Positions 12,887 through 26,399 of a stretch of 64,000 nucleotides of DNA are shown here, piece by piece. This DNA comes from Botryllus schlosseri (taxonomy: Eukaryota). The notes under the pieces were generated by a model, which did no database searches, had not been told where the DNA came from, and worked only from the letters and a program-made list of their open reading frames with translations. Location of the stretch: NCBI GenBank assembly GCA_051294905.1, contig CM119371.1, positions 8,558,001 through 8,622,000 of the forward strand, read 5' to 3'. Made by a program: the position numbers and the translations under genes. Each line of letters starts with the position of its first letter. Position 1 is the stretch's first letter.

Positions 12887-13851
12887 GGGGAGATGTGGTA
12901 CCGATGGATCAAAAATTGGAAAATGTTCGCTGGCCCCAAAATGTTCAGCCGAAAACAGCAGATCTTTTGCTGGCTGAGCACTTTGATACAAGCTCTACCT
13001 ATCGCGCACATATACATGAATATCCGTCTCTTTTCATAAAATATTTATGGACGTTTAAAATTTGTTGCTCGAACGTGTCATCGGTCCCCACCCGGTGGGT
13101 CCAATGGCACGCGACCCGGGGACCTATGACACATATACCCTGAAAAACTCAGATGTGACACCTTTTCTTGCTCAGTATTATAATATAAGCTACAGCAAGC
13201 CAAAGAAGAATTTTCGGTCGCAACGGTCAAAAAAATGGATTAAATATTGACTCAAATGTTGTCATAAAATCGGGTTTCGATTTAGGCTCGGACTTATAAA
13301 TTTGAGGGTACATACATATTGCCCGAAAATCGACAGCGTGACTTCCAAAGACCTCGTTATAGCGATAAAACATCATATTCAATTATTACAAAAATATTTT
13401 CTGTACGTAGTCATGTTTCATTTGTTTCATGATTAGAATGCTTGATTATTTTGCTTGATTTGGCTATTGTATCATCGGTCCCCACCCTAATAATTTTGTA
13501 CATGAATCGAAAAAAATTCCACTCAAGGAAAGAACTGAAAAAAATAATAGGTTCCATTATATAGCCTGATACAAGCCCTAGACTTCACAATAAAAATGAT
13601 TGCTGGTTTGTTCGTGTTGAAGGTTACAAAGAAAAATGTATATATCGATCTAAGTTTAGTTTACACCCCCCAAAACAAAAAACATCTGTGAGAGACCCCA
13701 TAGTTCGCGCACGTCGAATTTTTTTGTACGTGAGGAAAGATGTTGCCAGCGTGCAATTGTAGAAGAGTTCACGGAGTGTAATCATGGAATTATCATAGAG
13801 AATTTTCAAAGTATTTTCGGTCCCAGTGATCCATCGGTACCACATCTCCCC
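12887..13851. mobile_element. MITE with 25-bp TIR and TA TSD (family D, copy 1)
   Basis: TIR GGGGAGATGTGGTACCGATGGATCA at both ends, flanked GTA|...|TAC. Confidence 0.9.
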
Positions 13852-13933
13852 TACCTCTACTGCATGCAGAGACTTGATGGTTTTCGGGATATGGGACCTT
13901 TATAACAAATGCAGAGATTTGATAAATTACCAA

Positions 13934-14322
13934 TAGGTCTGTTCAAAAATAACTTTTTTTCTGAATCTTGCGGGTTACGTGATTAAATCGTTAGGTTGCC
14001 TTAATTGCCTTGATTGGGGGATAATCCCAGGATTGTCATCGAAAAACTCAAATAACTCCGCTTCTACGGCTTGGAATTGAGTCAAATTTGTTTTGCATCG
14101 TTATTGAAGACAGCGCAACAATTTTATGGGGTTGGAAGAAAAATTTGAAAAATTTTTTTTTTGCATTCATAGGCAAATTCGAAATTTTCAAACTCTGCGA
14201 AATCCGCGAATATTGGTTGGAATGAATTCAAATTTGGTGTGCGTCGTTTTTCAAGGCAACCTAACGATTTAATCACGTAACCCGCAAGATTCAGGAAAAA
14301 AAGTTATTTTTGAACAGCCCTA
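13934..14322. mobile_element. Short foldback/hAT-like MITE with ~70-bp TIRs
   Basis: TAGG(T/G)CTGTTCAAAAATAAC...GGTTGCCTT is inverted at the other end; TSD ATTACCAA/ATGACCAA (7/8). Confidence 0.85.
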
Positions 14323-16041
14323 ATGACCAAAGAGGGGGAGCCTTCGAACAGGCGGCCCCCGGGCGACCGCCCACCTTGCCCACCCTAAAAGCCACCACGG
14401 ATGTTGACCAACCGACGAAGCACATGCTTGGTAATTCTCGATGACTAAATTTGCCTAATTCGAAGACTTTGGTCCCACTCATTCTTGGCCGATTTAAACG
14501 GACAAACGGCTTTGTCTGAATTAGGCCGAAAATCAATGGTTAGTTTTATTGTAATGCTCAAAGACAGATAATATTGTTTTGTCGCGTATTTAATGAATTG
14601 CAGCTGCTCTACTGCAGTAATTGGCACTGATCGCAAAAAAACGCACAATACTTATATGCTTATCTTTAGGTTAATTGCACTGTACAGTACTGTATTGAGA
14701 TACCAGGCGATTCAATAATTATCATACACTACTAGTTGCATTAGGCTACTCTGTAAAACAGACACATAGGTTTAAATAGTACACTAAGTACAGGGATTCT
14801 TCAAGGGCTGAAGGACTATTTTCACCTGATAAAAGTACCCTCGATAACAGTAGGAAATTAAAATCTAAAAGCAGATAACTGGCTGAAGACTATTCGACTA
14901 AACTTTTAAGAGTTCACTGTGTATTGTTAATGGATGGATCGAGTTTGTTTCATCCTAATAATTTATTTTTTGTTAAAACGAACGAAGGACTGTTTATTGT
15001 AGGCTACTGTAAGACTTGCGAACATGTGTCCCTTTTGCGCAGAGATATGTCCGATCAAACCGGAGTCTTTACGGAAAATTTTCACTTATATTCAGTTCCC
15101 AACCAATGTGTCCAAATTCATGGGATTGGATTGTCAGTTCATGGAGAACTTTAACACGACCATTGTTTCGGTCCTGGTCAAATTTACAATACCGCGTCGC
15201 GTAATCTGTGATATCTGAACGTTGGGTTAGGACCATACCATGATTTTCAAGCGTGGTAGACTCACTACGCCACTTTATCACTCCCATAATATCAATGGTA
15301 CTGCTCAAGTAGTTTGTCTACATAAAACTTCCCAAAATGTGATTGAATATGTGATCTGCAGTGGCAGCTAACTTCATTCGCAATTTGAGAACATTCGGTC
15401 AATATTTCTGCAAATAGTTATTCCGATCATATTAATAAAATGACCTTAAATTGTGAACTCAAAGATTCTAGAAAAGCTAAACCTTTCGGACCTAAAAAAT
15501 GCTCTGTTTATTTGCACCTTCCTTACATTAGGAAATCAAATTCGATCATCGGTGAGCCATTGGTTCTCATAAATGGAACCTCGGATAATCTTCATGACGA
15601 AAACTCCGATGACTGAAACGCTGAAGTTGTACTACCTGGGACATATCAGAGCTACATAATATAGCAATACACGTGTCGATGTGATAGTCGGTATGTGGTT
15701 CGCACATCCCGGCGTTTGCAGACAAAAAGTCGTCCTCATGTCCTACGGTTGATTAGAATAAATGATTATGTTTCTCCAACGCCATCATCGCATTCATTTG
15801 GCATATGCCAAAAATAATACGGCCTGGATATGGGCTGATATATCTCGAATTCTCCTTTGTCCATAGCTGCCTAAATGGATGGCTCACAAAAACCTTGTCC
15901 TGGCGATCTGAGCCGCACCTCATAAATGCCACCTGCATAAATAATTAAGCTTCCCAGGACGAAATGCAACTTCAAGTCGCACACAAGAAGTTCGAGGTCT
16001 GGTGCATTTCTGCCATTCCGAAATCTCGTGACTACATAAAA

Positions 16042-17933
16042 CAGGGGTGGGCAAACTTTTCAGCTCGCGGGCCGCATTCAACATCTGAATCCATTCGCGG
16101 GCCGCACTATCTAAAATTGGGATTATAAACCAAAACGCAATATTGATATTTGATTATATAGCGAGGACATGGGGATAATAGATGTGCTTATTTAAAACAA
16201 GACAAACTTTGCTTTGATGATATCGTGCACGCGTCAGAAACATATAGTGGCGAGATTGCATAAGCTGGCGGACCTCAATAACCAATTTGTCAAAACTATA
16301 GAGATGAAAGTCGGTTGGCCCGATTCTTAGAGCAGGATTGAAATTTAAATCTGTGAGCAGCGATCTGTTCATAGATTTACTAATTCCACTTTTGGTTCAG
16401 CTCCAGGACACACTTTGCTGACAGCATCATAACCATATTAGCTTCGAACACGATTCTACTATGTGTAGATAAAATATAAATAAACCCATTGTACGCATAC
16501 AGACAACGAATCTACCTAAGACACGCCTGAATGGAGTGGCCAATCTGAAATCCCACTGGTGATTCAAATTATGTTAGTATCCCACTGGTGATTCAAATTA
16601 TGTCAATCTCGTTGCAGCTATCCCGCTGTGATATTAAGTAGCCTATTTACCTTAGATCAGTGGTTCTCAAACTTTTGAAGACACGCCCCCCCCCCCCCCC
16701 CTTTATGATGGTGAAATATTTCGCGCACCCGAATCGTCATATCACAGAACGCAACCAGGATGCTAGCAAGCCTAGCGGGTAGTTTGATGACATCGAAGGT
16801 TATGACTGTGGATGGATGAGAGATTTTCAAATATGTAATTCAGACTAAATACAGAGCAATAGGCCTATCTACATGTCGCTAGATGTCCCGACAAATTACC
16901 CGACGTAAGGTTACGCATTCGTGCGTCACAGACGACGCAAATTTGTCGGGAAATCTGTCGGGTAAAATTGTCTCGCGAGGTTACCCGATAAAACAGCAGG
17001 GGAAATCGCCTATATCGGGTAACGGAAACGTTCGTTCTGAGATTTTAGTTTGGTTTAGGTATTTCCATGGCTGTATAATTGATCTTAAGTCTGTTTTATA
17101 ACATTATAAGTGACTTTTAGCACCTGTGGGTATAATTATATCGTCGAATGGCGATATGTCTAAAGTACCGTACGAAACGAACCTGATATGGAAGAGCCAA
17201 TTTAGCATCCGATACAAAACCACCCGCTTTGTCAAACATATTATAATTTAGGCTGTAAAAATGTTTGTTGTAGCATATTTGTGAACTTCAAGTGTTCACT
17301 AAGGTTATTCACGTTGAGAACCGGTCCTATTCGGAATATATACATGGCACATCAATAGGCTGCCTAAGGTTTCACAGTTCCAAACGACTCCTTTTGCAGT
17401 GATATGCGTTCTTATTCGCCTCTGACAACTATGCAATGGAAAACATCACATGGATGAATGTTAATAAACTAATTATAAACTCTCGAATGCAATGCAATGT
17501 GTAGTTTCGATAGATAAACCTGTGACATGTAAAACGGCGAATCTGTCGGGTAAGCTGTCACCATTCGGGGAGTCCCCCTACGTAATAATCACTGTCGGGT
17601 AAATATAATGGACATGTAGATAGCTCTAATAACTATGAATTGGATGTAAATAGCGTGGTGCGCGAAAAAAATTTTCGGTTGAGCTCAGCTTCGCGCCCCC
17701 CATCAGATGTTTTCACGCCCTCAAGGGAGGATCCAAACCACTTTGAGAACCACTGTCTTAGAATTATCATGGTGAAATATACTAAGAAAAAGTTAATCAA
17801 GTCCCTGCATTATTTCGATTTTTAGTACACATTTTAATAATATTTTTAAAAAGTTTCGTTAGACTCTCGCGGGCCGCACAGAACGGTGTTGCGGGCCGCA
17901 TGCGGCCCGCGGGCCTTAGTTTGCCCACCCCTG
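16042..17933. mobile_element. Buster/Charlie-type hAT non-autonomous element (family E, copy 1) with nested insertions
   Basis: TIR CAGGGGTGGGCAAACT; GCGGGCCGC subterminal motifs; degenerate TSD ACATAAAA/ATATAGAA; collinear with 31004-32183. Confidence 0.85.
16861..17627. mobile_element. PIF/Harbinger-type MITE (3-bp TSD)
   Basis: Imperfect TIR AG..CTATCTACATGTC; TSD AAT on both sides; absent from the paralogous position in copy 2 (~31890); TCGGGTAA subterminal motifs. Confidence 0.75.
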
Positions 17934-18773
17934 ATATAGAAGATGTTCGGTCACGAAATAACAACAACACACAACCAAGTAATTCATAAAAACGGACCAG
18001 CACCATGGACATAAAAGTATTGATTACGGGCCCTAAACTTTCAAAGACACCAATGAATCTGACCATGGGGCCAGTAGTTACAAATCCGACAGTAATATGT
18101 GCAATTCCAATTTCATTGACCGTTTTCAACCTTGTATTTTTTTCGTGCTATGCGCGAATAATCAGCATAACAGATTCACCCCCGAAAACAAGAACACCAT
18201 CGTAACGATAATGGTAGTCGCCCCCGCCCCCAGAACTTTGATTTATCAAACTATTGGGGAGCTTAAGACTAGCGTTTTGGAGGCGCTGACGAAGTTCTGT
18301 TACGGTCCCGTATTTTTTTTCCTGCCGTCTTTCAAACACCGTCTTAGAAAAATAGAATCTCTTGGGCATTTCACGGTAAAGTCCCGTGAAGAGTCGAGTC
18401 CCATTTTTGAGATACATCCCAACTATACCTATATAGGCTACCCCGTTGTGCATATTTTGCATATACCTCGCAAATCCGTCCCGTAACAATATCCTTAGGA
18501 ATTGGGAGAAAAAAAGACGCTGTCAGTAAAGTCTCTACTACCGATGCTTCCAGTTCTGGACATATCGACAATCCAGTATATTCCTGACTGTACGCGTCTT
18601 TGAAAAGCCGGATCTAAGCGGCTTAACCCACTTTACGTCCACACACAAGTCTTGCAAACTACCACACAATAGCCCACAATAGCCCATTTGTTATTAGCAC
18701 GCTTAGCGTGGCTTTATTACAAATGCAATGGTACAAGTACAATTGTCACATGTCTTGCTGCGCGCATCAGCGA
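17934..18773 (-). pseudogene. Degraded coding-like continuation (possible ectodomain) downstream of the TM exon
   Basis: ORFs 18148-18489 and 17797-18129 are in the same frame separated by one TAG; further stops and frameshifts lie upstream; truncated by hAT family E. Confidence 0.3.
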
Positions 18774-21700
18774 TCAGTCATTTTCTTGTGTCTCGTTGAG
18801 CTCGATCCAATTGAAGAACTTGGATCCGTTAATCCAAACCCCCACCAATTGAATGTGACGGGAACGCGGCGTCGTAAAAAATATTGCGAGCACTATCGTC
18901 GCAATGATAATCAGCACGATCACGCAGCATGCATACTTTTTACCGCATTTTTTAAGCCACATTATAGAACACATGCCATCATCATCTTCGGTGTCCCCGC
19001 CGATAGGATCACTCGTCGGCGTGTCGTTATCTAAAAGCAACATGTTGACAGTCCACAAATGTAGTAAGAGATCGAATAGAACACATTAAATTGTCTCTAC
19101 CTTGTCTCATATATATACAACGTAAATATATTTGTAAAATATTTGGATTTACGAGATTACCAACGTAACATAGCGATCCGATTTATTCGTCGGAACTGTC
19201 TTCCATGAAAGTTCGCTCTCGCCTTCATTGTTAGGGTTTAAACCAGGGTCGGATCTGAAGTCAGTAGTTTACATCCACTTTCTACAACTATAACAAATTC
19301 TGCAGTCATAAAAGAAGCTCACCACCTACATATACCTGCCAACCAGCAATGCCTCCGTAATATACCAAGCCTTATTCCCGGGAAGCAAAACAGAAGAACG
19401 ACAAATACATCCGTATTAGAATTAGACATCACGTGACGTGTCGTTTGCGCAGCGTGAAAATGCGCATCTGTGAACTAATTAGCGAATGGCAAGAATCAGC
19501 AATATTAAATTGTAAGCCGATCTATTTCTCGGCAACTCCCAGTCTAACGATAGTAATGGATGACATTGACCGAGAGGCTGTCCGTCTCAAAATAAAAGCT
19601 ATACTCACTGTAGCCACTGGTCGACGCAGCAGTATTGGTATCCGGCGAGTTTTCCTCTTTACTCCGGACAGGCTCTTCCAATAGAGTCGTAGAGTCGCTT
19701 GGGCACCCATTGAATCCGAAATCATCGCCGCCCGCGCTTACAGGAGGTAATGCTTCTGTAACGATAAACATTGATGCATATCATTTAATGTCTTGACAAG
19801 TCCAGCGATGATCAAATTTGCCAATGATGGTGCCACTATAATAGAGGTAATGATCACTTTCACCTGACTGCGAATGGATGAAGATATTCTTCACGAAACA
19901 GAAAACTACTTCAAGTAAAATACTGGACATTTCACTAGTTGTTAACACATTTGATTCGTAGATGAATCCTCAATCTCTGATGTTGGCAGCTTTCAAATAC
20001 TCAGCTAACGCAGAATAACAAAATTACCGACATGAACATTAGGGCACTTCAAAAATGACTTTTTTTTTCTCAAATCGTACTGGCTACTTGATAAAATTGT
20101 TAGGTTACCTAATTTGAGCCTACACACAAAATTTAGTTCAGTTTCAGCCAGTAACCGCTTTGCTACAGGAGAAGAAAGTTTCTACTTATATTATATAAAA
20201 ATAAATACTAAAAAAATTGAAAATTTTCTGTTCACCCCATGAAAGTGTTAGTCTGTCTATAGACACGATGCGCACCAAATTTGGTTCGATTCCAACTAGT
20301 GGAAGCGGAGTTATTGCCGTCGAAAAATTTGGATTTGAATAAAATAGTATTTACGGTGATCCATTCTTTGTTCATTTATTATAGTTGTGCTTACCGTAAA
20401 TACTATTTTATTCAAATCCAAATTTTGCGACGGCAATGACTCCGCTTCCACTGGTTGGAATTGAACCAAATTTGGTGAGCATCGTTTCTATACACAGCCT
20501 ATCACTTTCATGGGGTGAACAGAAAATTGTCAAATTTTTTGTTATTTATTTTTATATAATAAATAGAAACCTTCTTCTCCTGTGGCAATACGGCTAGTGG
20601 TTGGAATTGAACCAAATTTGGTGTGTAGGCTTAAATTAGGTAACCTAACAATTTTATCAAGTAGCCAGTACGAGTTGAGAAAAAAAAGTCATTTTTAAAG
20701 AGCCCTAATGAACATAGCTGCTATTTATAAAACATAATATTCCGCTTCCGTGATATTTTTCTGCATTTGGCTACACACAGATTTCATGACAATTACGCTC
20801 GTGGAGTGATGCAATTCCAAGTGAGGAATTGTTCCAGATGTTAGTTTGACTAAAAATTAAAACTTTCAAGTGGAGTAAAATTAATAAAAGATCCTAACTA
20901 ATTAAGCAAGTAATCGACGTCCGTAAGAACTACTTCAGTACTCCCAAAAGATTAGATTTTACTGACCAGCTCTGGTCACTTAAACATAGATAACTAGTGT
21001 CACAAGTCACACCATTAGCTGCCGGCACGACTTGTTCAGTTTCGTGCAACGTCAGAGATTCTTCGTCGCCAGCAGTTACAGGTGCCACAAGTTCCAGTGC
21101 GCCCTTCGAATCAGATTGATCACTCTCCAACTCACGCAAGATTTTTCCTGAAATATTATAATAGCTCTAGTAAACATAAAAACGTACAGTGACTGCAGCA
21201 ATACGGAAAATCACACACTGCAATCAACATCGGTCATTTAGAATATCTTAACCTGTTTTCTCATCCGGTGGAGTTGGGACGTTGTAGCGTACGTCCGTCT
21301 TTTGTGACCCAATACCACCATCCATTCCAAATTCGACGGACGGGCGAACGCCTTCCTCGTCGGTTTGATCTCGTATGCGGTCCCGCGATATGTTCACTGT
21401 AATGCAAGGATAGCAGCTATCACCGCATAGAATTTACTGTAATTTCGGGTGTGATCGGACGCGGGGTTTTCGTTTGAAAACGTACCGCGTCACTAATTAG
21501 GCTATTATGTATGGGCGGCGTCATTCGGACAGACGTAGGTTCTGTTGCAGGTAGATATATTTAGAAGGTTCAATGCAACCTGAATAATGAGTGAAAACAG
21601 TGGTAAAACACTTGTCGGGCTCATAAAGATTTCCTAGCAACTCACCAATCCTGGCTGAAAATTCTGGGTTTTTGTAGGGCCAATATGAACTCTAGATAAA

Positions 21701-22837
21701 TAAGAAATTTACCAAGAAGTTGGCATATAATCAGGATAATACGCTTCCGTTTACTCACATATACCAGTCTTTTAATAACGGAATGACTAATAACTCTCAG
21801 AAAACAAATGTTGGCGTGAACAGAAAGCTGATATAGCAAGCTAATGTATGTGTAAGTTAGCATCGTAACATTTCTTGACGTCATGTGTTCGCGTTTACAT
21901 ATATTCACACGTAGAAAAAGACTATTTGATCGGCAGTATACGCAAACTCATTTGATTCAACGTCTCCTTATCGCGTTTCAGATATGTTCATTGTTCACCG
22001 CTCCCATGAAGCTAGAGTTCATCAGCAAAGAGATGTTTTCGTGGTACTCAATTAGTCCAAAATATATTTGACCGAAAGTATTAAAATTTTCACCCCCTAT
22101 GGCCCCTTTCGAACGTTTTCGCCTCCCAATCATCCCTTCGTATTGTTAGCCAGCCTCGTCTATAAATCGTCCTCCTGGGGTCGATGTCGCCCACTTGAGG
22201 AGCAACTGTCATAGGTGTTGCCATTCGAGTGAGCTCGGAACCTACTATGTGTTCGAAGCATCGATAGCTGGCAGAGGTTTGTCAGAACTTTATGGGGATT
22301 GACAAGTGTTTGATAAATTTCAACGCTTTATAGCTGGTGATTGTAGTACGTTTCAACTGTGATAGTGAAAAACGAACTGCAACGCATTGGCAATAGCGAA
22401 TAAATGCGTATGGTGATCAAACTAGAAAATCCAAATGAAATAAGTGTATTCCATAAAGAGGACAGAGTCTTTGAAAAATCCCGGACAAGGACAAATTGAC
22501 TTTTTACAATAAGTGTAGTGTGTCGGATTGCTAACCCGTTCTTTTCTATAATGGAACCACAATATGTTCACCATTAGAAGGAACATCATGGAGCGGCAAA
22601 CAACTTACAGCTACCCGATAAAGGTATTCGCAATAATGTAATTCTAGATATTTTACGCTCATGATGTGATGGTTAAAGTCAAATTAATATATCATAATCG
22701 ATCTTACCGCCATCGCCACCACGAATGATGACGCGATCCTCATCGAAACATTGTTCCATATTCCCTAGCAGAGGCTCGGTAATAGATGGCTTCTCTGAGC
22801 TGATTGTCTTACCTTTAGCTCCTGATTGTGTATCCAT
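18774..22837 (-). CDS. Predicted multi-exon gene (possibly pseudogene) for a single-pass, type II-like membrane protein of unknown family
   Basis: GT-AG, phase-1/phase-1, stop-free exons at 21253-21396 (144 bp), 21013-21147 (135 bp) and 19609-19755 (147 bp), then an exon from 19030 with KKCGKKYACCVIVLIIIATIVLAIFF. Candidate first exon has ATG at 22837 and phase-1 GTAAGA donors (exon end 22813 or 22708). Confidence 0.5.
20040..20707. mobile_element. Foldback element: ~315-bp inverted arms around a ~35-bp spacer
   Basis: Near-perfect palindrome with TAGGGC...GCCCTA termini; perfect TSD ATGAACAT at 20032-20039 and 20708-20715. Confidence 0.92.
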
Positions 22838-23306
22838 TACGATCAATAAAATCAATAATATATTAAATCCAAGAGCGGAAAACTTAACCTGCGAAAATAA
22901 GTAGAGCTGACTTAAGTTCGTCGATTGGTACAGCAGCTGTGCCAACATGGTTTAAATGAATCCCCGATTCACATAACAGCAGAGGCGAGTGGTTGGATGC
23001 CGGATGGCAATTAATAGGAAATGGAGTAATCACCAGAATACAGACAACTACCCACTGATGACTTCTTGAGATAATTGTGGTAGCACGACAGCAGTGCGTA
23101 TAGCTGAAAGCAGTTAGACGTCCATTGAGTATAGTCTACTGCAGTGGTTCCCATCCTGCAGGCCTGAAAGATCGGAAGGGGGCGCGATGAAGCGGCAACT
23201 GAAAAAATATTTCGCGCCTTCCGCGATTTACCTCCAATTCACGCGTGTTTCTCTAATATATACACCGAATGTCATTATTTTTAATTCCCTCATCAACAGT
23301 TATAAC

Positions 23307-25069
23307 TAGTGATGGTGTGAACGTGAGGTTCGCGTTCGCGTTGTGTGTGTGAACCTCGGGAATTTAGAGGTTAGCGTTAACAATCGAACCTTGGTAGGTT
23401 CTGCACTGTGAACCTTTTTCATATATTACAATTTTAACTTCATTATAACATATTTGGTTTCAATGTATTGTATTTCAACTGCGGGCCACGCTATACATCG
23501 CGCTGACAGCATAAAAAGTCGACACTAATCGACCAAGCACCTTGAGAATCTCAAACATGTTTTTTGCTTTGTTACAAAAGTTTGCTCGAAATATCCAGCT
23601 TTCCGTGTGTGAATATTTAGCGACTCTCTGCTATGAGCATGACCAGCAATCACACAACATCAAGAGCGAAATAACCTACATGACGCTTATTTAACCAACG
23701 TACCAACGAAATTGATGTCGTTGTCTGATATACGGGGTCAATTTTGATTTCATATGTTTATTCTATCATAAAAGCCATATCCGTGCGATGTGGATGTTGG
23801 CTATACTGCTGTATAACTTGTTAAAGAGGTAATATCGGTAGCAAGTAGGGGAGATGTGGTACCGATGGATCACTGGGACCGAAAATACTTGAAAAATTCT
23901 CCATCATAATCCCATGATAACACTCCGTGAATTTGCCTGCAGTTACATGCTGACAGAATCTTTCCTCACATGCCAAAAAATTCGACCTGCGTGAGTTACG
24001 GGGCCTGTGACGAATGATTTACGTTTTAGGGGGTGTAAAGTAAATTTGGATCGACATTTGCATTTTTCTATATCACCTTTCAGACTAACAAACCCGCCAT
24101 CATTTTTGATGTGAAGTATAGGGCTTGTATCAGGGTATATAATGGCACATCTTTTTTTAATCAATACCATCCTCGAGTGGACTATTTTCAAGTCAATTAC
24201 AATATTTATGGGGTGGGGGACCTATGGTACCATGGCCAAATCAAGCAAAATAGATGGGCCAACTAATCACTTAACAACAAAACTCCCCTACACATATATA
24301 GGCTATAAATCATTGGTACCTACGGTGTTTTATCGCTATTACGAGTTATTTGAAAGTCAAAATGTCGATTTGAGGGTAATTTGTATGCGGCATTAATTTT
24401 GTAAGTTTAGGCGTAAATCAAAACATGATTTTATGTCAACATTTCAGTTGATATAATCTATTTTATTCCTGAAAGTCGCGACGAAACATTCTTCTTTGGC
24501 TTGCTGTAGAGTACACAACAAAACAAGTTAAAAATTTGAGTTTTTGAGCGTGTGTTTCATAGGTCCCATGGTCGTGTGCCGTTGGACCCACCGGGTGGGG
24601 ACCGATGACACGTTCGAGCAACGAATTTTAAACGTTTATAAATATTTTTTGAAAATACGGATATTCATGTAAATGTCGGCGATAGGTAGAGCTTGTATCG
24701 AAGTGTTGAGACAGCAAAAGATCTGCCATTCTCGGCTGAAGATTTGAGGGCCAGAGATCATTTTGCAATTTTTGATCCATCGGTACCACATCTCCCCTAC
24801 AGAATCCCGTTTTACACTCTGCTCAATATCAACGTATAGCAATACAATACGCAGACACCGAATACATTGTCTGGTCTGGCCTAGACCGTTAATGCATAAG
24901 CTTATATTCCCTTCCAAGTCCTTGTAGAAATTGTTGTCAAATCGACGGAAGATAATAATTTTATGGGATTACTATATCATTTGATTGTCCCAGTTATTAC
25001 ATTCGGCGATGTTTAAAATGTACATAACTAATATCCCTCCATATAGCATTTGTATACAGACATCAACTA
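23307..25069. mobile_element. Interspersed repeat with GTGAAC subterminal motifs (reverse copy at ~56850-57590), host of family D copy 2
   Basis: Long reverse-complement similarity between 23310-23845/24800-25030 and 56880-57585; ends approximate. Confidence 0.65.
23848..24797. mobile_element. Family D MITE copy 2 (opposite orientation)
   Basis: Same 25-bp TIR; GTA|...|TAC flanks; empty site visible in the paralog near 57075. Confidence 0.9.
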
Positions 25070-25185
25070 TACCTATTCATAGAAACAAACAGCAACTTGT
25101 CTAATATATATTTCTGGCATGTTTGGAGGTCAATCAGAGCCACAAGTAAGCTACCTTGAAGCCGCGGTTGGGAATCATTGGATTG

Positions 25186-26200
25186 CAGTGGTTCCCACCC
25201 TTTTTGTCTTCGCGGACCCCTTTTGAACCTTCACGGACCTCCGCGGACCCCCTCAAAATTTAGTTCAAGCTTAGTTCAATTATCGTGCAACCGTCATCTG
25301 TCTCGTGCAAATATCCGATGCAAGCTGGTGATAAACAGCAACCAAATGACCATTCTTGAAAATAACATCATACTATAAGAAGAAATTGGGTAGAATTATA
25401 TTATTTCCAAGCTAATTCTGCAGCTGCATTTCTTGAAATGTATGGTCAAGTCTTGACAATTCACCCCTTCAATTTGATTCATATCCACAAAGATGGGTAG
25501 AGGCGAATGTACCATAATACCGTGTGACGCCTTCAACGACACCTTCGGGTATAATCGCAACATATGGCACCAAATGGAGAAACATATTTTTAATGAAGTG
25601 ATCACGTCCAGATTATAGTCATTTTTATACAGCACAGTGATTCTCAAAGTGAGTTCCGCCGTCATTTTGGGGTCTGCGATACCATTTTCTAGGACCGCAA
25701 TAAAAGTTCTACAAAATTCACACGATCCAAAAAAATGAGATATAAAAAATTTCAGTAAACTCATTAATTTGAACCAAACCGGATGATGGCCCGACATTAT
25801 CACGCTAAAGTAGAGTATTTTGATGCGGAACTTATTCTTTAAATCGGAAAAACTTCGCGGTTCGCGCGACAAGAAAATAGCTGCACATAATTTTCATAAC
25901 ACTGATTGGTGCTTACTAAGCCGATATCGAAATATGTTAATCAGCCTTGCCTTTGCCGTTAGTTGGTTGGTTCGTGAATTTGTTAGTTCGGTTGGTTCGT
26001 GAATTTGTTCGCTATTTGCAATTTGGCGATTAAAATGAGTTAGCACAGTATAAGATATGTCATCTCATACAGACATTCTGTTGTTGTAGGTTTCAAAACA
26101 GTTTAAAATAAGTTACAAGTTGTGTATCAGTTCCTTTGCAAATTTAAATTCTCGCGGACCCCCTGAAAATGTTTCGCGGACCCCCGGTTGAGAACCGCTG
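25186..26200 (-). mobile_element. Internally deleted hAT (Buster/Charlie) with transposase remnants
   Basis: TIRs CAGTGGTTCCCA / TGAGAACCGCTG; CGCGGACCCC motifs. Minus-strand remnants W...YPKVSLKA and FASTHLCG resemble the hAT dimerisation motif FxSTYLCE. Confidence 0.7.
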
Positions 26201-26399
26201 GATTAGAGCTTACGTTGTCGTAGACTTGTAGTATTCTATCTGTAGCAGTGCCTTTCTGCTCAGTACTAGTCGTGACGAACCTGTTGCATAAATTAGATAG
26301 GAATGATATATTACTTTATATAATTATATTACTTGTTAACAATTGGTACAGGCTTCAATTGTATCGTACATGAATATTGGATAGGTAGATTGTGTATCC

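Noticed and set aside
14924..15308. Cys-containing short ORFs (CPFCAEIC)
   Set aside because: No recognisable domain, overlapping short frames and no convincing splice chain.
21439..21691. Extra exons of the minus-strand membrane-protein gene (46-bp exon and a 21579 acceptor)
   Set aside because: Splice signals look plausible, but inclusion introduces stops or phase conflicts; left out of the model as possibly UTR or decayed exons.
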